Shown: positions 45,501 through 59,311, numbered from the stretch's first letter. The stretch: 64,000 bases of DNA from Eledone cirrhosa (GCA_964016885.1 OZ024743.1:265856001-265920000); one strand, 5' to 3'. Translations and numbers: made by a program. The notes: generated by a model not told the origin, from the letters alone.

Positions 45501-46166
45501 GGTACTCGCATGGTCGTCAAGTCACTGACACCCACTTGATTGAGGCCACCATTGTAACGGGGTGCGGAAGAGGGGAGAATGTTTTCATTCCAAGGATGAA
45601 CCTTTTCCCCTCGGCGTCAGATATCCCGTTCGATTTCCGGCGACCCCAATTCCCGGTGAGACCATGTTTTGCCATGTCCATTAACAAGTCACAAGAGCAA
45701 ACATTGTCGGTGGCGGGCATCCATTTGGGGGAGCCATGCTTCTCCCATGGCCAACTTTATGTTGCCTGTTCCCGCGCAGGGAGCAGGAATGGACTTTTTG
45801 CTTAGTCTCCTCTAGGGATGACACGCAATATCGTCTACAAAGAGGTGCTATAGATGTTGGTACAGGTGTTGGAGCTATGCCGTCTGGAACACTATTTCCT
45901 GGTAGGGTATCCCATGGCGGACAGATCTGACACCCAGCGGCATCAGGCCCACCATCTTGCAACTTTGGTCTACTAAATTCGCTATTGGAAGATTATTATC
46001 CCATCATTGACTGACCAAAATGCTAATTGGTTCGTAACTTTTAATAACCGGTTCAAATGCTTTATGCACTTAATTGATAAGCTTATTCGCTTTCAAACCA
46101 CGTTTACCTGTATGTAACTTTTCATAGCAAATGAACAAACCCAAGCAACGCCGGGCTAAACTGCTA

Positions 46167-46167
<1 letters not shown>
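42586..46167 (+). mobile_element. Internally deleted Helitron (N-terminus/zinc finger joined to degenerate Pif1 helicase; Rep domain missing)
   Basis: A|TC start (42586, alternatively 42526); 3' hairpin CCCAAGCAACGCCGGG + CTAG|T at 46167. ORF 43841-44569 has CQFC..W..E...CC..GKV.LP. Helicase motifs APGGTGKT, ASSGIAATLL, TAHSTFKLP, WDECSM, GDFR, CNGTR, FSHGQLYVA, with frameshifts. Confidence 0.93.
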
Positions 46168-46203
<36 letters not shown>

Positions 46204-46339
46204 ATTGATCCATACAAAAAATATAGAGAGTTAGCACGGATTACTTGCATAATTGATGAAAATCTAAAACCATTGTGTCTGTGAAAAATACCAAATTTGT
46301 TTCTGGCGCAAATAAGACCAATAAAACACTGCAATATAA

Positions 46340-47335
46340 CCAGAAACACTTAGGGCAGAGACACTGTTGCAGAAGTATTGGATCGATGGACAGCTCCGTT
46401 TGTCCTGATGTCTCTATTTGTGTTATATCGCTGTAGTTGTGTTCGGATAAATGGTGTTAATTCGAAACCATTTAATGTGAGTATCAGCCTCCACAAAGAG
46501 TGCTTACTGTTATCTGTTCTGTTTAGAAATATCACGGACAGTATTGACATACTCAGCCGTGTTGGATGTGGTATTGACACTGGCGAATGTTAGATCACTG
46601 GAGAATTTGCGGTTGTCATACTATTACTTAATTTGTCAGAACGTGCATAATGCACTTGATAGGTTTCGTATCCAATTTTACACTGCCGCGAAGACTGGAA
46701 CACTCCGGCTCTCAACGAACCCTGCCCTGTGCCTATTACATGTGAATGGTGTTCCACTGAATCAGGTGGATATAAGCAAGTGTCTTGGTAACGTGTTCAC
46801 GTTCAATGGAATGCAGGAGGTAGAATTACGTGTAAGAATTGCAGGAGCTGGTCTAGTAATGCGCCAACTTTAGCATCCGGTCATCAAAAGGGAGGTAGAT
46901 GTAAAAGCCAAACTCGCTATCTCCAATTCGTTTTATTTTCTTGTCAATTATTCCCTGTTGTCATGTACGTTGGGGAATTACTAAAAGAATACGATCGCGT
47001 ATAAAAGTGACTGAAATTGGTAGTTCGGAAATGAGAGAGTCATTCCAGATAGAGATAATACTCGTCTGAATCGACAGATCGCAGCTCCTAAACCACGCAC
47101 ATGCGGTTAGAATTTCTAAAGAATCGTTGAACAGGATTCACGAGCAAACCCAACACGAATGAGACACAGCTGTAGAACCCAGGCAAGCTGGTTGGATAGT
47201 ATTCATGAATGAGACTTGTCTCAATCAGAGATCCAGGCGGATCAACTTGAGGCAATTGCCTCTGGCATGAACAGCAGGAAAGCGTGCTTAAGGATTCTGC
47301 CTCCATCATCATTCCAGGTATAAAGGGGGCGAAGA
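46340..47335 (+). mobile_element. Degenerate RTE-like LINE RT 3' fragment
   Basis: SCVRINGVNSKPFNVSISLHKECLLLSVLF (RT domain 4-like), LNQVDISKCLG and RVRIAGA, with many lesions. Confidence 0.65.
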
Positions 47336-48763
47336 ATCACATGCAAATACATACATACAAATACATCAAATAAAGATAAAAAAGAAAATTAATAGCTAGT
47401 ATAGTGAATCTCAATTCAATACATGCTTTCCATTTATATTGTATTTTTTATTTATTTACTTTCGAAAGCACCGAAGTACGTTTATATAGTGAATTGTTAA
47501 CACTTAAACCATGCCTCAATGTAACGATATGCTCCAATCGATTTCTTGTATTCATAAAATTCCTCAAATTTGATGTTTACGCAGACGCTAATACACATTT
47601 GGGACTATAATTCATTGTCATTTTGTCTGACGTTATAGCGAATCTGCAAAATGATGGTCTTTAATATATATTAGTATGTTGGTAGCCATTGCAAAAGATG
47701 TAATAGAATATAAAACACCCCAACGAAAGACAGGACTTTATGCAAAGAGACTGTTTACTGCAACTTTTCTCGTCTACACTAGCCCGTGCTAGTATCTTTA
47801 GAAATTATGCAAATACGAAATAGACGATATTTCATTGATTCAGACATGTGCAATAATCCATCAATTCGTAGGAATAGATTTCCATCCGTCTATGATTCCA
47901 ATCAGCTCGGCTTGGTGTGGCCTAAATTAATGACTAACACGCAGGCTGTATTTAAATTAGTGGCGGAAGCATTGAAAAATAGTATGCATAGTCTCTCAAT
48001 GCAGATAACATGTATCCAGCAAGCTGGGAATAGAAGAGAACTCAGCAATTGCGGAAACATGGTAGAGTTTGACAAGATACCACCAGCGAGTCTCCATTCC
48101 AGAGTTGCCTTCAAATCGCTAGCATTCATAAGGGACGCCCTTAATTGGCGGTCTATCTAAAGCAATCGTATGCCACAGACTTAATCGCGAAAAAGTGAGG
48201 TTTTGACTTCGCCAATATCTCTCTCGATCACCAAGATAGTGTTAGTGCAAGAAGGCGCATTCGAATAACCCCACCCGTAATTAATTGGAGAAAGGAATAA
48301 AAGTATATATTCATATCCATAAAAGTGCTGCGAACACAGTTTAAATGATGATTTCTTTTGTCAATGACCCCTGCCTCTGTTATAGGAATGTTCCTGTTTT
48401 AAGAAAATTAGATAAACTATGACAGATTTTTCATTTCATATGTGAATCCTATATAGACCACGCCGACGTTTTCAAGCATCAACTAGTATTTTTTACTATA
48501 CGTAAAACAACACTCCCGTTTCAAATCACACCTGTTAGTGGCGATTATGTTGCAATTGACAATTTACAATCTATACGGATGTACTTACTAGAAGTAGCTG
48601 TCTATCACTCACACTGTCTATCACTCTCTCCAAATACAATCTTGTACATACAGTGTTCAAGTAGAACTGTCAACACGTAAATATATCATATAACACACAG
48701 ATATCACAATATATTCATGTAGCCAAGTGATATCGTAATATTAATCTCATGTAATAAAATAAT

Positions 48764-49152
48764 TTTTTTCTACTCTTGGCACAATGCCAGCAATTACCCC
48801 AGTGCATTTAATGGTAGTTTATTTTATCAACCCGTAAGGATGAAAGGCAAAGTTAACCGCGGTGGGATTTGAGCTATGACCGTAAAGGGCCATAACTCTA
48901 TGTTCCAAAGCATGGCGTCCGACTCTCTACTGATACTGCCAATCCACTCATATAATGAAATAATTGTTTCTACTTTTGACACAATGCCAGCAATTATCCC
49001 AGTGTATTATTAGTACTTTATTTTATCGACCCCGTAAGGATGAAAGGCAAAGTTAACCTCGGCTGGATTTGAACTCAGATCATAAAGGGCCGTAACTCTT
49101 TGCTGCAAAGCATGGTGTCCGACACCCTACCGATACTGCCAATCCACCGCTT
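48764..49152 (-). mobile_element. Head-to-tail SINE dimer
   Basis: Two copies (48764-48947, 48965-49152) of the 36744 SINE family, separated and flanked by TCATGTAATAAAATAAT-like sites. Confidence 0.88.
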
Positions 49153-51644
49153 TCATGTAATAAAATAATAACATTATATCACTGTAAAGTAAAAAAGATA
49201 AATCAGTGAAGTTCGGTGATGTAACAAACTTATAAATAAAACTAACAATTTTTCTCCTATAAGCAATAACAGCTTATAAAATATATATAACATATATATT
49301 TCAGTTCCTATCATGTATAAATATGATACGAACTGAAAACTTTAACAAGTTGTAAATTTCAAAGTAATTTTATCAAATCGGAAAACAAATTTAAAGCTAA
49401 AATAAAAATAAAAACATTCCAATATCCAAGTTAAATCGAATTACATCTCAAGTCTATACTTTATTTCACATTTGTTTCATTTATAATATTAGGTGCATTT
49501 GCTGTATCTATATAACGTCAGGCAATGTTTCTAGTGTTTAGAATTTACTGGCTGAGTACAAATCTTGACGAGGGCAACTTCGCCTTTTATGTTTCCGAGT
49601 TCATACAATAAAGTACCTGTCGTTCTGGAGTCGATATAATTAACGTTTTTCCTTCCCACATATTAGAAATCCTTTTGACTTAGATTTTATTATTTAATTA
49701 CAGCCCATATTTCAATGAATATAAATGTTTTAAGTATAAACATTTGAAATTTCTGATTGAATAAAACGACCTGTAATCAGACACACATACACGCACGCAC
49801 ACACACACACATACCCCCCCCCCCCCACACCCACACTCCCACACACACACATACGCACAGACATATATCTATTTATCTACCTATCTATGTCTATGTATAC
49901 GTGTGTGTGTATATAGATATACACATAGAGGTGCACATAAAACCAAACACGTATAGACGTTTGCATGCAGATACTCATGCACAAACTTTCACGCACACCC
50001 ATATATAGAAATATATAAAAGTCCTACAAGCTCACACATGGATGCAGACGCATACACACATCTATACACATAAACACATGCGCGCATGCTCATACATTAC
50101 GCACTTACAAAGACTTGTGAGGATCACCTACATATGCACATAAACATACAAACAGTAATTATCAACAACTTCATGACAACACCGGACCCTCAACATGGTT
50201 CTCACTCGTCTTCTATTAATAGCAGCCTTATTTCCCTCAAATCCCGCTCTTTCCTTGTAACGTAAGGTCTGTTCAATACGTGCTAACCAGTAATAACAAC
50301 AGGAACACCTGATTACTAAAGACAACTAATGTTTAATTAAGTTTGCATTAACATATTTACTATAGTGTTGAGTGATGACAGAACAATACAAATCAAATGC
50401 TGATAAGTCTTTCGGCAAGCACGAAAGATTGTTTCGATCGTACACTGACCACACATGCAAAGCACAATCTTTAGTGTACCTCCTGTATTTGAGACGTGAA
50501 ATCAATAAATAAATGTACAACATTAGTTAGTAAAAAATAGAATTGCTTTGAAATTAAGTAAAATAACAAATTTGGAAAAACACACGCAAATAAATAGTAA
50601 TAATAATTAACCTAACTTATCGTTAGCATAACTAATGAAGGGAATATTTTATGGTATCTAACTGGAAATTATTATGTGCCAAGCAATAAAATAACAGTAA
50701 TAATGAATTAGTAATATTATTCCTATCTGTCATCAAGTACCGAAGTTAACTTCTCTCAATTGTTTTTGTTTTATTATAAGAGGACAACGGTGGTACATTG
50801 GTAGAAACATTAGTGAGTCGGATGAAATACATTGCAGTATTTCGCCACACCCTTCAACTTTCTGGTTTCAAAACCTACCGAAATCGAAATTGCCGTTCAC
50901 CCTTCCAGTGTCGATAAAATAATGTACCAGTTAAATACTGAAGTCAATACAATAAACTTTACTCTGTTTCCCTGAAATCGTTAGATTTGTTCGAAAATTA
51001 GAAACCATTATGATCTCAGTATTTCCCCGTTTATTCTAATATTCGACGTCTGTTGAAAGTTTAAAATGATAGAGATAGAGTTCAAATGTATAACACCGCT
51101 ATGCTTTAATAAAATATTAAGTGCTTTAAAGTTCCATGAATTAAATATGAAATCAGTAACTTAATTGATAGATTTTCATGCGGATGGCCTTTTATAGTAG
51201 AATATTTAAATTATCATCACAGCAGTGAAAATGTATACCGGATGTTGTATGAACAAGTTAAGGATGTCATAAAGTTGTGTAATTTAATTCATATGAATTA
51301 AGTTTTTATAAAGATAAAGGATAAATATTTAATCTGAGCCAAGCAATCCCATTGAGCAATACATTATCTCATAGGAATATTTTAGTGGATATATTAGTTA
51401 CAAATGATATTAGGTGCGTTGAGTAATTGATCCTGTCAAGATAAACAAGACTAACACAAAGCTGAAATAATACAAAATCTCATTAATTTCATGCGTGTTG
51501 GAAAAGGAAAAAGGATGTTTCAACGCATCGGACATTAATTCTTCAGAATGTGTGAGAAAAACAGGTGATTTGTCTGGCGTAAGAGGTTAGGGGACGATAT
51601 GGTGCTTGTATGACAGATTGTATCTGTGCGTGTATATCAAATGA

Positions 51645-51680
<36 letters not shown>

Positions 51681-51772
51681 CAAAGAAGATGAACCATAAC
51701 GCACCAGAGAACTCGATACTTAGGGTAGTAGAGTGGGTAATAGGGAAAAAGTCAGCCGTCAGGGTCCTGACG

Positions 51773-51821
<49 letters not shown>

Positions 51822-51825
<4 letters not shown>

Positions 51826-52254
51826 TACTTGGGGAGGGTCATATTGTTGTAATAGTATTGCCAGAAATAATAACAGAACACACTCACTGTTTGGTTGGTT
51901 TTCGCTTCTTTATCAAAGCTCTTTCGTACCACTTCTGCAACATCATCAGTGGTACTATTATGTTTCTCCTGCTGTATTATATGTCTACGCCATTTTGTAG
52001 ATGTACAACGAAAGAACTTTGTTAGACTATATATATGTATATTTATCTGTATTTTTTACCGTTCGTCAATCAATGATAAACATTGAGGACCAAATGAATT
52101 AACTGTGGAGATATAAAAGATACAGAAGCGAAAACCAACCAAACAGTGAGTGTGTTCTGTTATTATTTCTGGCAATATTATTACAACAATATGACCCTCC
52201 CCGGGTATAAAATTATTTGTTTCGACACAAGATTTCTTATCAAAAACCTCGCAA

Positions 52255-52260
<6 letters not shown>
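51822..52260. mobile_element. Fold-back insertion in (TA)n, family D; relative at 60961-61350
   Basis: 51822-51908 is inverted to ~52125-52210. It shares ATGACCCTCCC...GTATAA and CTACGCCATTTTG with the 61-kb copy. Degenerate HHR at ~51910-51957 (-). Confidence 0.7.
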
Positions 52261-52297
<37 letters not shown>

Positions 52298-52298
52298 T

Positions 52299-52330
<32 letters not shown>

Positions 52331-52335
<5 letters not shown>

Positions 52336-53530
52336 GTGAAAGAATGAAGAATAACATGGTCGCCTGTACAAAAAGGGGTTTTATTTATAGTATTAACAAT
52401 TGTCTCATTGATCAGGTGAGTCTAAACGTCGCTAATCACTCGAAGTTTCGTCATGCGAACTTCCAAGTTCTCAAACTTCAAACCAACATGATTCGATCTA
52501 ATAATCTCAGAATTCAAGCAGAGCCACCCTGATTTAAATGTACAGACACACACCACCCCACTGTTAATATATGTCAACTGACCAACAGGTCATTTAATCA
52601 ACAGCATAAATCTCCAAAACTTTCTTTCATTTTCCCTCCCTATAGCCACATCACATCGATTAAGATAAAACAATCAGCCTGCCAGGCATTAACCACCCAT
52701 ATATCACCACAACCCCTTTAAATTTTTATTCTCTATCTATCTATCTATTCCTTCCCCGTCCTTAGCCCTACCCTTACGTCACATTCTCGTATCATGACCC
52801 CCACTTTCTGTCTCCTGTCTTTTATTTCTTCCCTTCTCACTTAATTTTTATTTATTTATTATTTATTTTTTTATCTTTTATCCGTTATTTGTTATTATTT
52901 TTTATGTTTTACTCTAATCCTCTGGGATTTGACCACTACACATGTATGCATTTAATGTTTCTTTTCATGTTATTGTTATCTCTACCATCATCACTACTTT
53001 ACACATATACTTACTCACAACTTTAACTACAACCACCACTACTACTATTATTAGCAATCGTATTCTGTGCTTATTTGTTACTTATTTTTTACATCTTTAT
53101 CATCTTCATTCTAACTTCTTTATTATTATATTTTACTTTCTGTTATTATTGATGTTATTGTTTTGATTCTCCGATGTATCTATGAATACCAATGCCATGT
53201 GTTAAACCCTCCAGTATTCCGATCATTTTATCAGAGGCAAACACTGTATTTATTGTCGAGTGACGCAACTTCGAGTTATAAGCGGCTTTTAGACTCACCT
53301 GATCAATGAAACAATTGTTAATACTATTAAAAAAAAATCCTTTTTGTACAGCCGACTATGTTATTCTTCATACTTTCACTACTATTACTCCAAGAACAAC
53401 ATGCATGGGAATTCTCCCGAGTTCGCTACTTGATTCTGGAAACATCTTGTTGAGTCAAACAACGCCGTACGTTAAAACTATCCATAATACCTCAAACCTC
53501 TAACTGGATTACCTAAAGCGATAACTTGTT

Positions 53531-53533
<3 letters not shown>
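52331..53533 (+). mobile_element. PLE 3' fragment with inverted 5' repeat and tail
   Basis: 52331-52453 is inverted to 53261-53385. KQSHPDLNVQ resembles a PLE C-terminus (~52516-52545). HHR-like AGTATT-CCGATCA..GAAA-CAATTG-TT-AATACT at 53213-53325 has a mutated core. Confidence 0.7.
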
Positions 53534-53609
<76 letters not shown>

Positions 53610-53654
53610 GAAAAAGAACACAAGAGCGTCTACAACATCAAAAGATTTTTATTG

Positions 53655-53701
53655 GCTAACAATGTTTCTTCCTTACGTGTAACCGTAGGTTTCATCAGAG
53701 C
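53655..53701 (-). ncRNA. Minimal hammerhead-like motif in the 3' pseudo-LTR
   Basis: GCT-CTGATGA-AACCTACG GTTACA CGTAAGGAA-GAAA-CATTG-TT-AGC. The base of stem II is mismatched. The upstream copy at 58662-58708 has core TTGATGA. Confidence 0.5.
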
Positions 53702-55897
53702 TATAAAAGGGGTTTGATTGGTGTTATGGACTCTACCAACCAAACACCCAAGAACAAAGAGTAAAGAGAGTAAAGAGCAAAAGTAGGGGACGATAAGTCT
53801 AATTTTGGTGCGGGAGGGTGGGGTGTTGGTCCTCGTTTACTAGCTGCGGTCATCGGGGGTCGGGTGGTTAGCTGAACCATAGATGGGGTGGCGTGGATAG
53901 TATGGTGCAGAGGGTGCGCAGAGGCTACACAAACACAAAGGGCGTAGAATACATATACACATATAGCGGAGGAGAAGGTACATGAGGTAATTAGAAATGG
54001 AAAAAGAGTAATATAATAATCTATAATTAATAGTGTATAATAAGGCATGGGGAAGATTACACTATAATAAGGTATAAAGGTAAGAATAAGGTAAAATATA
54101 AAGGAGGATAAAAGCGGAAATAATAATAAAGATAAAAAATATATAGAGAATATATAAGGAAATATAAGCGAATATTTGGAGGGGAAAACACAATGTAAAA
54201 AAAACGATTTTTTTCAAACAATAATAAAAAATAATAAAAATATAATAATTATGGGGGGAGAAAACAGGATAGAGAAATATGATCAAGTGTGATTCGTTGA
54301 GAGAATATAGGATGATAACTGTTGTGTCCGGTTTATATATCTTAATAATAAATAATAAACAATATGTGTATCAGAGTTGCAGAACCTTCAATTCACTTAC
54401 GGGTTCAAGCCTCGTGGCATGGTCCATTGTTTATCTGTGCGGTCATGTGCGTTTGTTTTTGACACCACAGCAGATGCACAAGTTTGTAAATTCCAATGCA
54501 GATAGAAGTCAATTTTTGCTCACCCGGACATTGACCGAGGATCCAATATTCCTAGTTCAATATGTGTTTGGTGTTATTTTGTTCGCACAAATCAATCAAT
54601 TGGTTCAATATATGGAGTATGGTTTCCTGGTCTTCGTGACAGTGTCAGTGGTTGTATATTTGGAAGTCACATGGATCACAGTACTCCGGTTTGGTGTGAT
54701 ACCCAAACGTTGAACTTTGGTGTCGATAGGACATCAACGAAGCAGGGTGATATCGCATCTGTGGTACAAAACGGTGCGGAAGGAAATTCTTCGTCTTCGT
54801 TTCATCCGGGTCCAGTAGTCACGTGCAAGAACCGCTACGTAGTAATTGTGGGGTTAATCAGTCAAGTCAGCAACTGACCGAAAATTCAGGCAGGCATAAC
54901 AGCTTTTTTATGTGTGTACGTGTGTCCGACACACACACACATCTATATGTATTTCAACCCAAAAAACTCAAATGATTCACCCAGTGGTACTACAATCGGT
55001 CAAGACAGTAACTGGCCGGCTGTTCCCTTAGGGATTCAGACAGGCATGACAGGTATATTTAGGTCAAGAGCCTCCTTATGTGTTCGTGTGTTCGATACAC
55101 ACAGACACATATCCACATGTATTTCAACTCAAAAAATTTCAGTTGATTCCCCCATTGATATCATATCTGTGCTGTTTGGATATGCATGCTGTGGTGTTCT
55201 GGTCGTGCATATCATTCACTGTATTTTGCCACTACATTGGAATGTGATGTTATGGTCATCAATAGTCCGGCAAGCGCATTTCGCTCTTATATTGCGAAGA
55301 ATGGTGTTCTGGTCCTCAGTAAACATCCAGGTCAGCAGGAGGGGTGGTGGTTCTCAGTTTCAACTTCGGCAATACGTATGTGTTACTCTGCATATCGTGC
55401 TCCTCTCAGAGAAGTGTATTATAGGGGGAATTCATGCCACACAGCACACATAGAGAGAATTTCTACAGAAGAGTATACATACATATATACATACATACAC
55501 ACATTATACACTTACACATACCCACTCATACGCATACATACATATATTCACATACATGTCACACATACACATACACACAATATAATACGCATGCATACAA
55601 TATACACATACACACACACACATGCATATACATATATATACATACATATACACACAATATACTTACATACAATGCACGCACACATGCGTGCATGCATGCA
55701 CACACGCACGCACACCCACACATATGTCTGCGTGTGCGTGCGTGTGAGAGATAAAAGGAGAATACACACACACACGCAAGAGCACCAACCTTGTAGGGGA
55801 CTGCACCACCCTTACGGTACCTATCTATCTAGGTTACGGGTTGGGAGGGAAGGGGGGAACTATAGTCTAGGTGGGGGTTGCGTGATATATGTTACGT

Positions 55898-58438
55898 CTA
55901 TGTGCTAGGTTTAAAATAGAAGAAGGAACTCAGGATTTTGTGTTGGCATGAGGAGAACATTTCCGATTTCCTGTTAAGCAGGTTAAGTTTAGAGTGTATT
56001 ATGGCATGGCATTCCAGTAAACACAGGTCACAACTTCCGCTCTGTGGTCGGTATGGCGTGGATCTAGTAAGCTTCCTCCAAAAAAGTTTGTATGGGGTAC
56101 TATTATTTTTTAAGAAGGAGATGTATCCCGCCAGTGAGGTGGCATTCTTATGTCTGTCGTATCTAAATGTGTATATATGCGCGTTAAATCTAGTTTTAAA
56201 TGTATTGGACGTTGCTCCTATATATGTTTTGGTAGAGTTGTGTGTGGTTACGTCACATGCATATACTATGTTTTTCGTGAGGCAATCCCCCCTTAGGGGA
56301 CAGTTACTACTCCGCCTACAATTGCAACTGCGGGTTCGATTAGTTAGCATACCTCCCGACGTTTATTTACTCGCATTATCACTAGGTGCCTCTATATCAT
56401 TAGATGGCTCATTGATGCTATTATGTTGCCCATTTTCTAGTGCAGTCGGTTGCTGGTGGTTAACTGCCATTTTAATTGCTTCGAATCCCTCTTTAGTTTT
56501 CCTAATGTTCGTACGTGCTAGGTGTGATGCGAGGTTAGGTGTGGTCGAATAGGATAATTTAATTACGTTTTTGTTAATTATGTTGCGGTATCTATTGCCT
56601 GGTGGGAAGTTTTTTTCCAATAATGAGAAGAATACTCTGGGGAGGTTAGTGAGGACCTCAGAGTTAAAAGGTGGGTTAAAATACATGTTTTTCCTTCTTC
56701 TATTTTTCTAATCTGTGGGGTGAGTCTCGCTACTGTGCGTACTATTTTGTAGGGTTCCGTTATTAACGTTAGTGGCGTTGTCCGTTTTGCTTAAGCCCGG
56801 ATGGTTTATATTCATGGCGTGATCATTTACTGTTTTAGAGTTATGGTGGGGGACTCTAGTATCGTCTTTACGTGGTTTACATTTAGCTAGGTTACCGCCA
56901 TTAGGGTTCTTACTATTATTCTTGCCTCTAATTTGGATAGGCTTTGTGGCCATACTATGTGTGATTATGTAGGTAGGTTTCACACTCATGGTTTGAGAGT
57001 CCTTATGTATATATGATAATCTACTCCCATAACCAGATTCTGCTAGGGCCCTGTCATAATACTCTGCATTGGAGTTGAAGATACTCTCATTACAGGACAG
57101 TCTGCTAATTCTGTTAGAGACCCCCCTGGGAATAGCGTTTAGGACTGATTTGGGGTGGTTAGAGCTGGCGTTTACATATGTTAGTCTATCGTTAGGTTTA
57201 TGGTAGGGTGCAAATGTTTTACTTTCTAGGTCAAGGGTGGCGTCTAGGAAGTTTACTGTTTTATCATTTGCATCTATGGTAATACTTAGATTAAAGTTTT
57301 TAAAGAACCTACGTAATTGCTTCCTAGTTCTTTCTATATTGCACTTTTTATATTCGAGAGTGAGGAGGGCGTCATCACGGTATAAGCCGCCCTTCAAGTG
57401 TGGTAATGTCTGATGTAACTCATTTAAGAGGTACAATCCTACCAGGTCCGTTACTTGTGCAGAGTCACTAGATCCCATTGTGATGTCGAAGTTGCTGGGC
57501 GTATTCTTGCGGGTCCACAATTCATCCTCAAATGTGATTATCGTTTTCCGGGCCGCAAGAATGACATCAATTTGAGATCTAGTGAGGTCACTTTTCTGCA
57601 TGGCCATGATTAGGGCCTTATTAATGAGTATGGGGGAGATTGAGGTGTAATACGCATCGATGTCGAATTGTATAAATTTAAGGGATTTATGGTTGCTAAG
57701 GCTTGAGAACCATTTCAAAACCTCTTCCGTATTCTCCCATAGCTCTAGATGTATTTTCCTCCTGATGGTGGGTATAACGCCGTCTAAAATTTTCTTACTA
57801 ATAATTCCTATATCTGACTTCGATGGGCTAATTAGTCTAACAGAGGGTTTACTAATGAAGTCAGCCTTATGGTCTTTAAGGGTGAACCTGGGTTGCCTAG
57901 GGGTATAAGGTTGGGTATACTTTTCCAGACCTAGTTTATCCACTATTGCACATGCTTCCTTATTAATTTCATCTAAGTTTGCGCTTGTTGTCTTTTTATA
58001 GTTTCTATTTAATTCATTGTATATGAACCTACGATACGCATCATAATTTAAGCTATAAATATTTCTGGTTTTGTCCGAGGTGACCAGGATATCTCTTTTA
58101 TCGTTAAAGTCCTTAACTAAGGTTTCCACTTTCATCCGGAATTTGTTGCTATTCCCATGGGGGTTTTTAAACTTAATATTCCTTACTAGCGATAGGAGGT
58201 CATTCTCAAATCCATCTAGCATGGAGTTATGGGGCGGGCTCCTATAGGTTTTAAAACCGAATTTGTTATTGGGGGACACTGTGGTTGATTTCTTATTTCT
58301 CCTATCGAAGTGGAAAGTGCGCCATCTAATACGCTTAACGAAGGAGTTGACACTAGCTATCAGTAATTTCTCATAAGTAGTCCTAGATGGGGTTGGGATG
58401 TTCTTGAGTGATATAGGTAGGTAGTCTTTAGTTAGCAT
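55898..58438 (-). pseudogene. PLE polyprotein (RT + GIY-YIG), single frame with two in-frame stops
   Basis: SDKTRNIY, FTLKDHK, FDIDAYY, MGSSDSA, GLYRDD, YFNPPF, CNCRRSSNC, NIVY..TYIG..FKTRF..H, CDLCLLE, LLNRKSE. TAG at 56708-56710 and TAA at 56363-56365. No frameshift. Confidence 0.9.
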
Positions 58439-59225
58439 GCTGCCAATCAATTATAATCATACACACCAGGTGGACAGGTTATAAGGATTTAGCTCAACCG
58501 GGGGGAGCCGTAGAAATACTTAGGTTAGTAGGAGTTAGGTATTATATACCCGTGTCCCGTTAAGGTATTGGCAGCATAATAATTAGCTCTATGCTTTGGA
58601 GCAGAGCCGTATATATGAAAAAGAACACAAGAGCGTCTACAACATCAAAAGATTTTTATTGGCTAACAATGTTTCTTCCTTACGTGTAACCGTAGGTTTC
58701 ATCAAAACTATAAAAGGGGTTTGATTGGTGTTATGGACTCTACCAAACAAACACCCAAGAACAAAGAGTAAAGAGAGTAAAGAGCAAAAGTAGGGGACGA
58801 TAAGTCTAATTTTGGTGCGGGAGGGTGGGGTGTTGGTCCTTGTTTACTAGCTGCGGTCATCGGGGGTCGGGTGGTTAGCTGAACCATAGATGGGGTGGCG
58901 TGGATAGTATGGTGCAGAGGGTGCGCAGAGGCTACACAAACACAAAGGGCGTAGAATACATATACACATATAGCGGAGGAGAAGGTACATGAGGTAATTA
59001 GAAATGGAAAAAGAGTAATAATAATAATCTATAATTAATAGTGTATAATAAGGCATGGGGAAGATTACACTATAATAAGGTATAAAGGTAAGAATAAGGT
59101 AAAATATAAAGGAGGATAAAAGCGGAAATAATAATAAAGATAAAAAAGATAAAAAAAGTTAAAAAAGATAAAAAAGATAAAAAAGATAAAAAAGATTAAA
59201 AAAATAAAAAAATATATATATATAT

Positions 59226-59311
<86 letters not shown>

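Larger units (their letters stand above)
53609..59200 (-). mobile_element. Near full-length young Penelope-like element with direct pseudo-LTRs, inserted in (TA)n
   Basis: 53609-54139 is repeated at 58616-59147 (about 5 differences by eye). RT-GIY-YIG frame at 58438-55898, 2.3-kb 3' UTR. The CxCx5C linker and (TA)n target fit the Hydra clade of PLEs as I recall it. Confidence 0.95.

Noticed and set aside
50396-50440. CTGATAA..GAAA hammerhead-like string
   Set aside because: Stem II is plausible but stems I and III do not pair and the core is mismatched.
52205-52255. TTGATAA..GAAA on the - strand as a fourth U3-A8 family
   Set aside because: Stems are weak and the homologous site at ~61290-61325 does not conserve the core.
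55262-55325. CTGAGGA..GAAA in the PLE 3' UTR (- strand)
   Set aside because: No stem I or stem II pairing.
56326-56460. Possible intron removing the PLE TAA stop (CTAAC branch-like site, CGCAG acceptor)
   Set aside because: The acceptor is phase 2 but the available GT donors are phase 0 or 1, so no in-frame splice exists.
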